A program made the translations under genes and the position numbers. DNA of 63,313 nt, taken from contig CAJFNZ010000116.1 of NCBI GenBank assembly GCA_904395905.1, positions 1-63,313 on the forward strand. Direction: 5' to 3'. Below the pieces are notes generated by a model. That model was given only the letters and a program-made list of their open reading frames with translations, was not told where the DNA came from and did no database searches. How positions within the stretch are numbered: the first letter of the stretch is position 1; each line of letters starts with the position of its first letter. The DNA is from an uncultured Oscillospiraceae bacterium (GTDB taxonomy: Bacteria > Bacillota > Clostridia > Oscillospirales > Oscillospiraceae). This document shows positions 19,001 to 27,894 of the stretch, piece after piece.

Positions 19001-21018
19001 ACGAGTCGGATCTGACGTACGGCGGCGAAGATGTCATTGTGGACGTCAGCTGGCTCCTGGATCCGGCCACCACCGAGAGCGTGGCGGACAATGTGGACTG
19101 GGATATGCTCATCTGGACCGACGTCAGCGTCCGCTTCGACCTGTACCGCCGGACCCAGTCGGACAGCAGCGTCGGCGCGTGGGAGAAGGTCAACACCACG
19201 CCCGTGGAAATCCTGGTGCCCGACGGCGTGTCCCGGTACGGCATCAGCCTGACGCGGATCCAGCAGACGGGCAACACCATGCAGTTCCAGCCGCTCAACC
19301 AGCTGCTGGAGGACTATCAGTACGAATACGCCATCCACTTTACGGAGGTGGGCGGCCTCGGCGAGCGGGACACCTGGAGCAGCCAGGTGACCATCGGCGT
19401 GACGCTGGTGGCCGGCAATACCAGCGACTTGAGCAACCTGGCCGTGCAGGTCAGCGACGACGGGCTCCAGGCGGCCCTGGACGAGGGCGTGACGGACATC
19501 GGCCAGCCGCGGGACTTCACCCTCCGCCGGCAGTTCAGCGACCGGACCGCGCCCCAGTTTGTGGACAACCGTCCCCAGATGACGGCCGGCGACGACAGCG
19601 TCCACATCTATCTGATGCTGGACCGCCCGGGCACCATCTACTATGTGGTGGCGCCGCTGGGCACGGTGACGACCGTCGGCACCGATTCCAACGGCCAGAG
19701 CTACAACTTCAGCGCCATCCGGGAGGACGGGGACCTGACCGATTACAACCGCCTGCCGACGGCCGGCAGCAACGACCCGACCACCGGCGACATGGAGTAC
19801 GAGTTTACCTTCTCGTCGCCCACGGTCCAGTCGATTCTCAACGCCGGCAACAACGCCAACACCCGCATCAAGCACGGCTCCATCCGGGGCAGCGCCACCG
19901 AGGTGGAGCTGGTGGTGGAGGACCTGGAGGTCCTCCAGGAGTACATCGCGTACTTCGTCATCCAGGGCACCTCGTCCCAGGCCTTCTCCCAGGTCTATGC
20001 CTACCGGTTCAGCACCGAGGACGTGGAGCCGGCCTACCTGACCATGCAGGCCCTGAACCCCGAGGTGCAGTTCACCACCTCCCAGGACGCCAATGTCACC
20101 TACGTGCTCTACGCGGCCAACCGGCTGCCGGACCGTCTGAATCCCACCGGCGCCAACGGCAATATGCTGGGCAACCATCTGTCCGACGACTACACCGGCG
20201 AGAACGCCCCCACCGGGGATCTGAAGAATCAGCTGGACAGTATGTCGCTGCTGACGGCCATGCTGACCTCCTACGGCAGTTCGCGGACCGGCGAGTCCTA
20301 TTTCGACCACTACGCCAGTGACGAGATTAAGGAGGAAATCCGGCTGATTATCACCAGCCAGTCCACCTCCGACGCCCTGGACAAGGGCACGCTGAGCGGC
20401 CTGCAGCAGAACGTGCCGGAGGCCCACGACTTCACTGCGGCCATGAACGCCGACAGCGCCACCACGTACATCTGCCTGGCCACGGCCCAGAACGTCCTGG
20501 GCGGCGAGTGGACATTCAAGGCGGTGGACGGCGTGCGGATCCCGGATGAGACGCCGCCGGTGTTGGTCAATACAACCACAACGATGCAGAATGTGGACAC
20601 CAGCAGCGGTGTTCCTCTGGTGGGCGGCATTGTGCAGCTGCAATTCAGCGAGACCATCTATCACCTGCCCGACGGCGGCGACCCCAGTGATTTGCGGTTA
20701 ATCGTCACATCTTCGGCAGCGACGCAGAATCAGGTGCCATTCCTGAGCCTGGTCAACCAGGCCGGAACCAACCTGGATTATCTCAACGGCTCGACGTCCG
20801 GTACCAACACGGTCACACTCAGCTTCTGGAACGTCCCGGTGGGCGCCAGCTTCACCTTCTGCAACACCGGGCACCTGGCCGACGCCTCGGCCAACTCCCG
20901 CACCAACGACCGGTATACCTTGACTTTGACAGAGGTGGAGGGGGAGGGCAGTGGCCCGATGGAAAACGAGGACTTCGTGAAGTATGAGTTCAAGCTGACC
21001 TACGGCCAGCTGGGATAA
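16075..21018 (+). CDS. Large S-layer homology (SLH) protein with N-terminal SLH x3 and FnIII/Ig-like repeats
   Basis: Signal peptide; SLH motifs 'ITRAEF', 'LTREEA', 'VTRGEA', 'GYPDGSFRP'; recurring beta-rich 'GTVYW/GTLYW/GTIYY' modules. Confidence 0.88.
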   Translation: MSTQKIWNQRGRAAVALVLCAVLLLSPFGGVGVKAVSTYMDPYLDRMVEYGFLQGDTGGLRPYSEITRAEFATIVNRAFGYSRQGGHPFTDVPETAWYAQDVDIAYTEGYISGTSANTFSPYASLTREEAVTIIGRNLMLEPAVGEDITFTDSRNLSVWSRGLVSTAVQYGVVSGYPDGSFRPRQAVTRGEAAIMLLNAVGTPVQTPGVQSLGSVWGNVTITSPGVTLRDTVIAGNLYVTAGVGLGDILLENVTVLGEIVVSGGGLSERGDDSVVLRNVTSPRLVVDNLQNQRVSVRVEGDGLIDRAAIRTDAFLADNTDDGRGISLVELDGENETTLELAGNVKEVINRTPESTLSVGSGRVGTLTVDEAAVDSVLHIASGAEVDTVNLDVGTTVTGDGDIGTLIVNANGSTVSMLPDEIVIRPGSSATIDGTTMDSAAAAESSADPRLLSGYPQITDLAPTTATAAFSGNKSGTVYWAVSSVTDGSVPADDLIQPPSYATNIVRSGNLTLSGAGQSATARLTGLVTDGSYYLSAVLVDARGDQSPLKVISFTTPDNTVPDFADGYPYMSRVTNVSGQVTVMATKTCRLYYALLPAGAAAPTEQDFRSNAVTGNLGFGVLDVEQNTAYSFDVNDVALEELAEYELYLWLTDVDGGESSRIESLSFTTVDGTPPQFNTEPTVNRVEDSSVGLYANLNEDGTLYWVLVAQGEEYPKPLANQPGPVDWASDTAKLQVANGMNALDSGSVSMRENQDVSFNVSGLDAETAYDLYYVAQDEAGNYSASIGRITIHSLDANAPTVTQEFDRYNGTDTTTPLPDTNIRLVFSETVENVGTNTALTDYYQDVLDVQGTGQEAAAREQMRSILSSSIKLYVDTGSGRPVEVEEAIEGTDKINGSWTIDWRRAEITQEEGRTVITLRTTDDLETSALHLASGAEYYFEIQANTIADTSDAQNVMGTTALDTFTTVFAIVNLSNPNESDLTYGGEDVIVDVSWLLDPATTESVADNVDWDMLIWTDVSVRFDLYRRTQSDSSVGAWEKVNTTPVEILVPDGVSRYGISLTRIQQTGNTMQFQPLNQLLEDYQYEYAIHFTEVGGLGERDTWSSQVTIGVTLVAGNTSDLSNLAVQVSDDGLQAALDEGVTDIGQPRDFTLRRQFSDRTAPQFVDNRPQMTAGDDSVHIYLMLDRPGTIYYVVAPLGTVTTVGTDSNGQSYNFSAIREDGDLTDYNRLPTAGSNDPTTGDMEYEFTFSSPTVQSILNAGNNANTRIKHGSIRGSATEVELVVEDLEVLQEYIAYFVIQGTSSQAFSQVYAYRFSTEDVEPAYLTMQALNPEVQFTTSQDANVTYVLYAANRLPDRLNPTGANGNMLGNHLSDDYTGENAPTGDLKNQLDSMSLLTAMLTSYGSSRTGESYFDHYASDEIKEEIRLIITSQSTSDALDKGTLSGLQQNVPEAHDFTAAMNADSATTYICLATAQNVLGGEWTFKAVDGVRIPDETPPVLVNTTTTMQNVDTSSGVPLVGGIVQLQFSETIYHLPDGGDPSDLRLIVTSSAATQNQVPFLSLVNQAGTNLDYLNGSTSGTNTVTLSFWNVPVGASFTFCNTGHLADASANSRTNDRYTLTLTEVEGEGSGPMENEDFVKYEFKLTYGQLG

Positions 21019-21031
21019 GGAGGAACCGGAT

Positions 21032-24000
21032 ATGAAAACCGCAAAACCCATCCGCCTGCTGTCCCTGCTGCTGGCCGTCGCCCTGGCAGTGACCCTGGCC
21101 CCGGCGGCCCTGGCCGTGGTCTGGGACGCCCTGTCGGCCGCCCCCCGGGCGGCGGCCGGCAATGCCTACACCATCACGCTGTCCAGCCACTCCTTGGATA
21201 TGGATGTGGGTGCGACCCAGACCCTCACGGCAACCATCTCCGGCGGCAACGTGCTGCCGGCGGGCCACACCATTGCGTGGAGCTGCAAAGAAACCAACGA
21301 GGTGTCTGTGCGCCCGGGAAACGGTGGATTCACGGCCACCGTCACCGCTCTGGACCCGGCCGCGACCAACGACGATACGCCGGAGGTGACCATCACCGTT
21401 CAGCTGATGCGGGGGACGCAGGTGGTCGCCTCGGACCACTGCGATGTCCTGGTCCGCGCGGCCGATTCCACCGGCCTGGAGATTATCAACGGCAATCAGG
21501 AGGTGGAGCCTGGCGGCTCCTTCCGCCTCTACGCCAGGACGCTGCCGGAAGGGGCGGCGGACCAGCCGGTCACCTGGTCCAGCAGTGACGAGAGCCTGGT
21601 GAAGGTGGCCGAGGACGGCACCATCACCGCCGGCTCCAAACCCGGCGAGGCGACCATCACCGCCACGTCGGAGGAGGGCTACACGGCCCGGTGCACCATT
21701 ACCGTCCGGGGCATCGTCCTGGACCCGGCGGAGCTGACCATCCGGGAGAACCGAACCGGCTCCCTGACGCTCCGCGCCTACGGCGCGGCCCTCCAGGGCC
21801 AGACGGCCACCTGGGTCTCCAGCGACCCCAATGTGGTCACGGTCAGCAGCGGCTACCTCCAGCCGGTGGGGGTGGGCACGGCGACCATCACCGCCACGGT
21901 TCTGGTCAACAGCCGCCGGTATACGGCCACCTCCCAGGTGACGGTGGAGCGCGCCCAGGCCGACGTCATCCGGGCGTCTGCGGACGCGGGGAATCCCCTG
22001 CACTTTGCGGGCACCATCGCCTCGCAGCTGGATGAGCAGTGCCGCAGCGTGGTGGGGGAGTCGCTCTCCTACGTCACGGGCCTCCGGGTCAGCACCAGCC
22101 AGGGGACGCTGTACTATCGCTACCGCTCGGAGAACGACACCGGCACGGGCATCGGCACCAATGAGAATTATTACGTCTCCCCCAGGAGCGGCCAGCTGGA
22201 TCTGGACGACGTGACCTTCGTCCCCAAGGCGGATTTCAGCGGGACGGCCGTCATCTCCTACACCGGCTACGCCGCGGGAGGGAGCTTCTTCCAGGGAACC
22301 ATCGAGGTGACCGTGGCGGCGACGGAGGGAATCCGCTACACCGTGGCCGCCGACCAGGCCGTCCAGTTCAACGCGGCCGACTTCAATCAGGCCTGCAACC
22401 GCCGCACCGGTCGGAACCTCAGCTATGTGGTCTTCTCCCTGCCCAACAGCAGCCGGGGGACGCTGCGGTACAACTACCTGTCGCCCTCCAACAGCGGTAC
22501 CGCCGTCACCACCGACGCCCAGTACCGCCGCTCCGGCACGCCGGCCCTGTCCAACGTCTACTTTGTGCCCAGCGGCGGCTACACCGGGACGGTCACGGTG
22601 TCCTATACCGGCTACGATGTGCAGAACACCTCCTTCCGGGGGACGGTCACCATCCGGGTGACCCAGGCCGCCGGCGGGCAGGGGGATCTCCGGTACACCG
22701 TTGCCCGGGGCGGGCGGCTGACCTTCGACGACGACGACTTCAACGACCTGTCCCGGGACATCACCGGCAGCTCGCTGGACTATGTGCAGTTCCAGCTGCC
22801 GGCCTCGTCGGCGGGCACGTTGTACTATAACTACTCCAGCAGCGGCGGCTACGACAGCCGCGTCACCGAGAGCCAGCGGTATTACCGCTCCTCGTCGCCC
22901 TACCTGCGGCGGGTCACCTTCGTGGCCGCGGAAGACTACACCGGCACCGTGGAGATTGACTTCACCGCCTGGGACATCCGGGGCAACACCTTCTCCGGCA
23001 CGGTGGAGATTGCCGTGGGCCTCTCCGGCTCCGGCGATATCCGGTACTCGTGCAGCCGCGGCGGCAGCGTCACCTTTGACGACAACGACTTCAACGCCCT
23101 GAGCCGCGAGCTGACCGGCAGCACCCTCTCGTCGGTGCAGTTCCAGCTGCCCGCCTCCTCCCGGGGGACGCTCTACTACAACTACTCCGGCGGAGACTAC
23201 GACAGCCGGGTCTCGGCCTCCCGCAGCTACTACCGCTCGGCCAGCCCCTATCTGGACCGCGTGACCTTCGTGGCGGCCTCCGGGTACACCGGCACCGTGA
23301 CCATCGACTTCACCGGCCGCAGCACCGGCGGCGACACCTTCTCCGGCTCCGTCGTCATCGGCGTGGACACGGTGGAAGATGAAATCTCCTATACCGTCCG
23401 CGCCGGCAGCTACGTCACCTTCGATGAGGCGGACTTTGACGATTTGTGCCAGGACCTGACCGGCGACCGGCTCCGCTATGTGCGCTTTACCCTGCCGGCC
23501 TCCAGCCGGGGCGTGCTCTACTACGAGTATCAGGACGACGGCGATTCCGGCAGCCGGGTCTCCGCCTCGCGCAGCTACTACCGGACGAGCAGTCCGTACC
23601 TGAATCGCGTCAGCTTTGTGCCGGCCTCCGGGTATACCGGCACCGTGGCCATCGACTTCACCGGGTGGAGCACCGACGGCGAGCGGTTCCAGGGGACGGT
23701 GTCCGTGACGGTCCAGGCTCCGGCCGGCGCCTCGGTCATCTACTATTCCACCGACGCCCAGCCGGTCCGCTTCCAGGCCCGGGACTTCTCGGCCGCCTGC
23801 GAGGCCCGGGGGCAGGGGAGCCTCTCCTATGTGCGGTTTTCCCTGCCCAACAGCTCCGCCGGCACCCTCCGGTATCAGTACCAGAGCCTGGACGACCAGG
23901 GGACCCAGGTGCGCTCCACGGCCAACTACTACGTCAGTCAGTCGCCGGCGCTGGGAGATGTGTCCTTTGTGCCGCGGGTGGGGTACACCGGTACCGTGGT

Positions 24001-24628
24001 GCTGACCTACACCGGCTACGACAGCCGGGGCGGAACGTACCAGGGGACGGTGCAGGTGACGGTGCGCCAGCGGACAACCTCCCAGCATTTCACCGACTTG
24101 GGCGGCACGCCCTGGGCGGTGACGGCCATTGACTTCCTCTACGAAAACGGCGTTGTCCAGGGGGTCGGCGGCACCCAGTACGGCCCCAGCCGGCAGATTA
24201 CCCGGGGAGACTTCGTGCTGATGCTGGTCCGCGCCTACGATTTGACCGGCCAGAGCGGAAACGGCTTCCGGGATGTGCCGACCACCAGCTACTATGCCCA
24301 GGCCATTGCCACGGCCCAGGGGCTGGGCATCGCCGGCGGCTATCCCGACGGGACCTTCCGGCCCCGCGACCCCATCACCCGGCAGGAGGCGGTGGTGTTC
24401 CTCCAGCGGACCATGCAGGCCGCCGGGTGGAGCCTGGGCGCTGGAAATGAAGCGCTGCTGAGCGGGTATCTGGACGGCGCAACGGTTTCCACCTTCGCCC
24501 GCAGCGCCATGGCCCTGATGATTCAGTACGGCATCCTCTCCGGCACGCCCGAGGGCAACCTGCGGCCCACCGCCCCCATCACCCGGGCGGAGACGGCCGT
24601 CATGCTGTCCCGGGCCCTGACACTATAA
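21032..24628 (+). CDS. SLH protein with Ig-like (Big_2) domains, six tandem ~120-aa repeats and C-terminal SLH x3
   Basis: Signal peptide; 'VTWSSSDESLVKV..DGTITA..GEATITAT'; C-terminal SLH motifs 'ITRGDF', 'ITRQEA', 'ITRAET'. Confidence 0.88.
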   Translation: MKTAKPIRLLSLLLAVALAVTLAPAALAVVWDALSAAPRAAAGNAYTITLSSHSLDMDVGATQTLTATISGGNVLPAGHTIAWSCKETNEVSVRPGNGGFTATVTALDPAATNDDTPEVTITVQLMRGTQVVASDHCDVLVRAADSTGLEIINGNQEVEPGGSFRLYARTLPEGAADQPVTWSSSDESLVKVAEDGTITAGSKPGEATITATSEEGYTARCTITVRGIVLDPAELTIRENRTGSLTLRAYGAALQGQTATWVSSDPNVVTVSSGYLQPVGVGTATITATVLVNSRRYTATSQVTVERAQADVIRASADAGNPLHFAGTIASQLDEQCRSVVGESLSYVTGLRVSTSQGTLYYRYRSENDTGTGIGTNENYYVSPRSGQLDLDDVTFVPKADFSGTAVISYTGYAAGGSFFQGTIEVTVAATEGIRYTVAADQAVQFNAADFNQACNRRTGRNLSYVVFSLPNSSRGTLRYNYLSPSNSGTAVTTDAQYRRSGTPALSNVYFVPSGGYTGTVTVSYTGYDVQNTSFRGTVTIRVTQAAGGQGDLRYTVARGGRLTFDDDDFNDLSRDITGSSLDYVQFQLPASSAGTLYYNYSSSGGYDSRVTESQRYYRSSSPYLRRVTFVAAEDYTGTVEIDFTAWDIRGNTFSGTVEIAVGLSGSGDIRYSCSRGGSVTFDDNDFNALSRELTGSTLSSVQFQLPASSRGTLYYNYSGGDYDSRVSASRSYYRSASPYLDRVTFVAASGYTGTVTIDFTGRSTGGDTFSGSVVIGVDTVEDEISYTVRAGSYVTFDEADFDDLCQDLTGDRLRYVRFTLPASSRGVLYYEYQDDGDSGSRVSASRSYYRTSSPYLNRVSFVPASGYTGTVAIDFTGWSTDGERFQGTVSVTVQAPAGASVIYYSTDAQPVRFQARDFSAACEARGQGSLSYVRFSLPNSSAGTLRYQYQSLDDQGTQVRSTANYYVSQSPALGDVSFVPRVGYTGTVVLTYTGYDSRGGTYQGTVQVTVRQRTTSQHFTDLGGTPWAVTAIDFLYENGVVQGVGGTQYGPSRQITRGDFVLMLVRAYDLTGQSGNGFRDVPTTSYYAQAIATAQGLGIAGGYPDGTFRPRDPITRQEAVVFLQRTMQAAGWSLGAGNEALLSGYLDGATVSTFARSAMALMIQYGILSGTPEGNLRPTAPITRAETAVMLSRALTL
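21960..24065 (+). repeat. Six degenerate tandem coding repeats (~350 bp, ~118 aa)
   Basis: Recurring 'I.Y.....V.F...DF......TG..L.YV.F.LP.SS.GTL.Y.Y...YYR...P.L..V.FV....YTGTV.I.FTG.....F.GTV...V'. Boundaries approximate. Confidence 0.85.
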
Positions 24629-24636
24629 CCATGCGG

Positions 24637-24680
24637 CGGACGCCTTTCCTGCGGTACCCAACCGGCGGGAAAGGCGTCCG
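24637..24680 (+). terminator. Terminator hairpin after the SLH operon
   Basis: Stem cggacgcctttcc/ggaaaggcgtccg followed by gtcttgt. Confidence 0.75.
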
Positions 24681-24877
24681 GTCTTGTAAAATCTGCATAA
24701 TATTCAGATTAGAAATTATGTATTCATTTTTGAAAGAACGGCCCGGCGGCCGGGCCTGGCGATTTCGTGGAAGGTAGACAGCCAAATTCTGTTTGTCCTC
24801 GGAAAATTTTAGCAATGGTGCATAGAAATCAGAAAAAACCTCCAATGAATACGAGCAATTTCGGTCAAAATATACGA

Positions 24878-24906
24878 TTGAAAATTCTTGGCCTGTGTTC
24901 TATAAT
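24878..24906 (+). promoter_or_regulatory. sigmaA promoter of the flgB operon
   Basis: TTGAAA-N17-TATAAT in an AT-rich intergenic region. Confidence 0.8.
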
Positions 24907-25035
24907 GTTTTTATTAGAAAAAGTAGGTTATTTTGCCTAATTCATAAGACGACATAATATTAAGGTTTGCATGGAAGCGTGACCAGCGTGTCGTCTCCAG
25001 CACGATTTTAGACGGCACGGCACAGAAAAGATTGG

Positions 25036-25431
25036 GTGAACAAGATGGAGATTTTTGCGAGCAATTCCTTCGCCATGATGCAGCGTTCTCTGGAGTTCCT
25101 CTGGAGCAAGCAGTCCTGCATTTTGGACAACATCGCCAACGTCGAGACGCCTGGCTACAAAACCAAATATGTGACGTTTGAGGAGTCCCTGCGCAGCGCG
25201 ATTCTGTCGTCCCTGGATGTCGAATCCGGACGAGTTTCCGGGGTACGGGAGGCGATTGAGGAGACGCCGATTGTCCGCCATGAGGCGCAGGAAAGTACCC
25301 GGATGGACGATAACGGCGTCAACATCACCGAACAGTCGGTGGAGCTGGCCCGCAACGCCTATCAGATGCAGTACGTGATGCAGTCCATCAACAACGATAT
25401 TTCCACCCTTCGCACGGTAATTCGCAGATAA
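25036..25431 (+). CDS. flgB: Flagellar basal body rod protein
   Basis: 'ILDNIANVETPGYK', 'RMDDNGVNI'. Start may be ATG 25045. Confidence 0.95.
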   Translation: MNKMEIFASNSFAMMQRSLEFLWSKQSCILDNIANVETPGYKTKYVTFEESLRSAILSSLDVESGRVSGVREAIEETPIVRHEAQESTRMDDNGVNITEQSVELARNAYQMQYVMQSINNDISTLRTVIRR

Positions 25432-25443
25432 GGAGATTGGACC

Positions 25444-25893
25444 ATGGCATTTCTCAGTTCGATGAATGTGGTTGGCTCGGGACTGACGGCCCAGCAGCTG
25501 CGGCTGGACGTCATCGCCGAGAATGTGACCAACAGCACGACGACCCGCACCGAGGGCGGCGGCGCCTACCGGCGGAAGATGGTCGTCTTCCAGGAGCAGG
25601 GGCAGCCGACGTCCTTTCAGGCGGCCCTGGCGCAGGCCCGCGGCTGGGTCCCCGAGCAGCGGGAGGGCGGCGTCCAGGTGACGGCCATTGTGGAGGACCC
25701 GTCCGACTTCCGCCTCGTCTATGACCCCACCCACCCCGACGCCAACGCCGAGGGATATGTGGAGATGCCGAATGTGGACATGATTAAGGAGATGAGCGAC
25801 GCCATGGCGGCCAGCCAGGCGTATTCCGCCAACGTCACGGCGTTCAATGTGCTCAAAGAGGTCATTGCCCGGGGCCTGGAAATCGGGCAGTAA
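25444..25893 (+). CDS. flgC: Flagellar basal body rod protein
   Basis: 'GLTAQQLRLDVIAENVTN', 'YDPTHPDANAEGYVEMPNVD'. Confidence 0.97.
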   Translation: MAFLSSMNVVGSGLTAQQLRLDVIAENVTNSTTTRTEGGGAYRRKMVVFQEQGQPTSFQAALAQARGWVPEQREGGVQVTAIVEDPSDFRLVYDPTHPDANAEGYVEMPNVDMIKEMSDAMAASQAYSANVTAFNVLKEVIARGLEIGQ

Positions 25894-25935
25894 TCTGACG
25901 GCTTGCCGGCGGAGCCGGCTTGGGAGGAATCAGAA

Positions 25936-26247
25936 ATGGAATTTGAGAGGCTCTCGCCCCTGCAAAACCCGTTTGTCCGGACGGAAACGGGAATTCCCGG
26001 CGGGGAATCCGACGCGCGGCCATCGGCGTCGCTGTTTGCCGACATCTTTCAGTCGGCCATCGACAACGTCCGCACGACGGAAACCGTGAAAAACGACGCC
26101 CAGTATCGTCTCGCCACCGGCCAGCTGGACAATCCGGCGGAGCTTTCCATCGCCCAGAGCCAGTGGTCCATGTCGGTGGAGCTGCTGGTGCAGCTGCGCA
26201 ACAGCGCGCTGGATGCATACAGTGAACTCATGCGCATCAGCCTGTAA
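25936..26247 (+). CDS. fliE: Hook-basal body complex protein
   Basis: 'FADIFQSAIDNV', 'LATGQ', 'VQLRNSALDAYSELMRI'. GGGAGG RBS. Confidence 0.92.
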   Translation: MEFERLSPLQNPFVRTETGIPGGESDARPSASLFADIFQSAIDNVRTTETVKNDAQYRLATGQLDNPAELSIAQSQWSMSVELLVQLRNSALDAYSELMRISL

Positions 26248-26271
26248 AGAGACCTTGGAAGACGGGAGTCG

Positions 26272-27894
26272 TTGTTTGTGCAGCAGAAAATCAAAGGAAT
26301 TTGGGATAAGGTAACGCAGCGCTGGAAGGGACTCTCCAAGAAAATCAAGGGTCTCTTGGCAGCGCTCTTGGTGCTCGTTTTGGTGGGGGTCGTGCTGCTG
26401 GTGGTCTTTACCGGGACTGACAGCACCTACACGACGCTGTTCACGGGGCTGACGCAGGACGACCTGTCCGGAATTGTTACATATCTATCGGAGAGCGGCG
26501 TCACCGACTATCGGATTGAAAACAACGATACGATTCTGGTGCCGGCCGCCCAGGAGAATCAGCTGCGGGGCGAACTGCTCGTCGCCGGCTATCCGTCCTC
26601 GGGCTTCGCCTATCCCACCTACCTCGACAATGTGGGAAGCCTGACGACCGAATCGGAACGGAATCAGCTGGTACTGTACGAGCTCCAAGACCGTATGGCC
26701 AGCACCATCCGCACGTTTGATTCGGTCCGGGACGCGGTGGTCAACATCACGCCCAGCCAGGACAATACCTATGTCCTGGACAGCAGCAATGTCCTTGAAG
26801 CCAAGGCGTCGGTGACGGTCACCATGGAGGACGACGCGATTCTGAGCGATTCGGAGGTTTCGGCCATCCGCAATCTGCTCAGCCATTCGGTCCAGGGGCT
26901 GACCATCGACAATGTGGTCATCCAGGACACCATGGGCAACGATTACAGCGGCGAGGACAGCCTGGCCAACATTCAGGATATGTCCGAGCTGAAGCTGGCG
27001 CTGGAGCAGCGGACCAACAATCAGCTGCGCACCCGGGTGATGCAGGTGCTCGTCCCCCTCTACGGCGAGGAAAACGTCCGGGTCAGCGTCAACAGCATCG
27101 TCGATGTGGACCGGACCTTCACCGACTCCGTGAACTACGACCGGGAGGACGACGGCGGCACCATCATCGGGCAGGAGATTTACAACAGCCAAGCCGTCCA
27201 GCTGGACGAGAACGGCGTGGCCGGCGGTGTCGTCGGAACCGAGACCAACGCCGACCTGAACACCTATGTGGAGGAGCAGGTCGACCAGGCCGACGGCACG
27301 GAGACCATGTACAGCTCCTCCGGCGAGAACAATTATTTTATCGACACCGAAAACCGGCAGGTGGAGCACGTGGCCGGCACTGTCGTGGACGTATCGGTGG
27401 CCGTGACCATCAACCAGGACGTGGCCGGCAGCGCCGATTTGGCGAGCCTGTATCCCCACGTGGCCCGGGCGGCCGGCATCGGCGTGGCCGACCAGGCCGA
27501 CAAGATCTCCGTCCTGGTGGCGCCCTTCTACCAGGAGCCCGGCGATTCGGTCCTGCCGACGCCGCAGACGTGGCCCGACAGGGTGCTGCTGGCCGGCCTG
27601 GGTGGCATCGCCCTGCTGGTGCTGCTGCTGATTATCTTCCTGATTGTCAACCGGATTCGCCGCCGTCGCCGTCTGAAGCGTCTGGCAGCGGAGGCCGCCG
27701 CAGAGGCCGTCGCCGTCCCGCCGCCGGTGGCCGAGGCCGCGCCGCCGCCGCAGGAGGGGGCCGACATCATGGAGATGGAGACCGAGAAGAGCATGGAGCT
27801 GCGCCGGGACGTCCGGAAATTTGCCGAGGAGAACCCGGAGATTGCGGCACAGATGGTCAAAAACTGGCTGAAAGAAGGAGATGAGCCCGGATGA
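26272..27894 (+). CDS. fliF: Flagellar MS-ring protein
   Basis: Two TMs; 'YTTLFTGL', 'ILVPA', 'VRDAVVNI', 'KASVTV'; C-terminal 'FAEENPEIAAQMVKNWL'. Start 26272 or 26278. Confidence 0.94.
   Translation: MFVQQKIKGIWDKVTQRWKGLSKKIKGLLAALLVLVLVGVVLLVVFTGTDSTYTTLFTGLTQDDLSGIVTYLSESGVTDYRIENNDTILVPAAQENQLRGELLVAGYPSSGFAYPTYLDNVGSLTTESERNQLVLYELQDRMASTIRTFDSVRDAVVNITPSQDNTYVLDSSNVLEAKASVTVTMEDDAILSDSEVSAIRNLLSHSVQGLTIDNVVIQDTMGNDYSGEDSLANIQDMSELKLALEQRTNNQLRTRVMQVLVPLYGEENVRVSVNSIVDVDRTFTDSVNYDREDDGGTIIGQEIYNSQAVQLDENGVAGGVVGTETNADLNTYVEEQVDQADGTETMYSSSGENNYFIDTENRQVEHVAGTVVDVSVAVTINQDVAGSADLASLYPHVARAAGIGVADQADKISVLVAPFYQEPGDSVLPTPQTWPDRVLLAGLGGIALLVLLLIIFLIVNRIRRRRRLKRLAAEAAAEAVAVPPPVAEAAPPPQEGADIMEMETEKSMELRRDVRKFAEENPEIAAQMVKNWLKEGDEPG

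Noticed and set aside
24681-25035. C. difficile-like invertible flagellar switch upstream of flgB
   Set aside because: Only 7-10 bp inverted repeats were found, with no ~20-bp flanking pair and no recombinase in the window.
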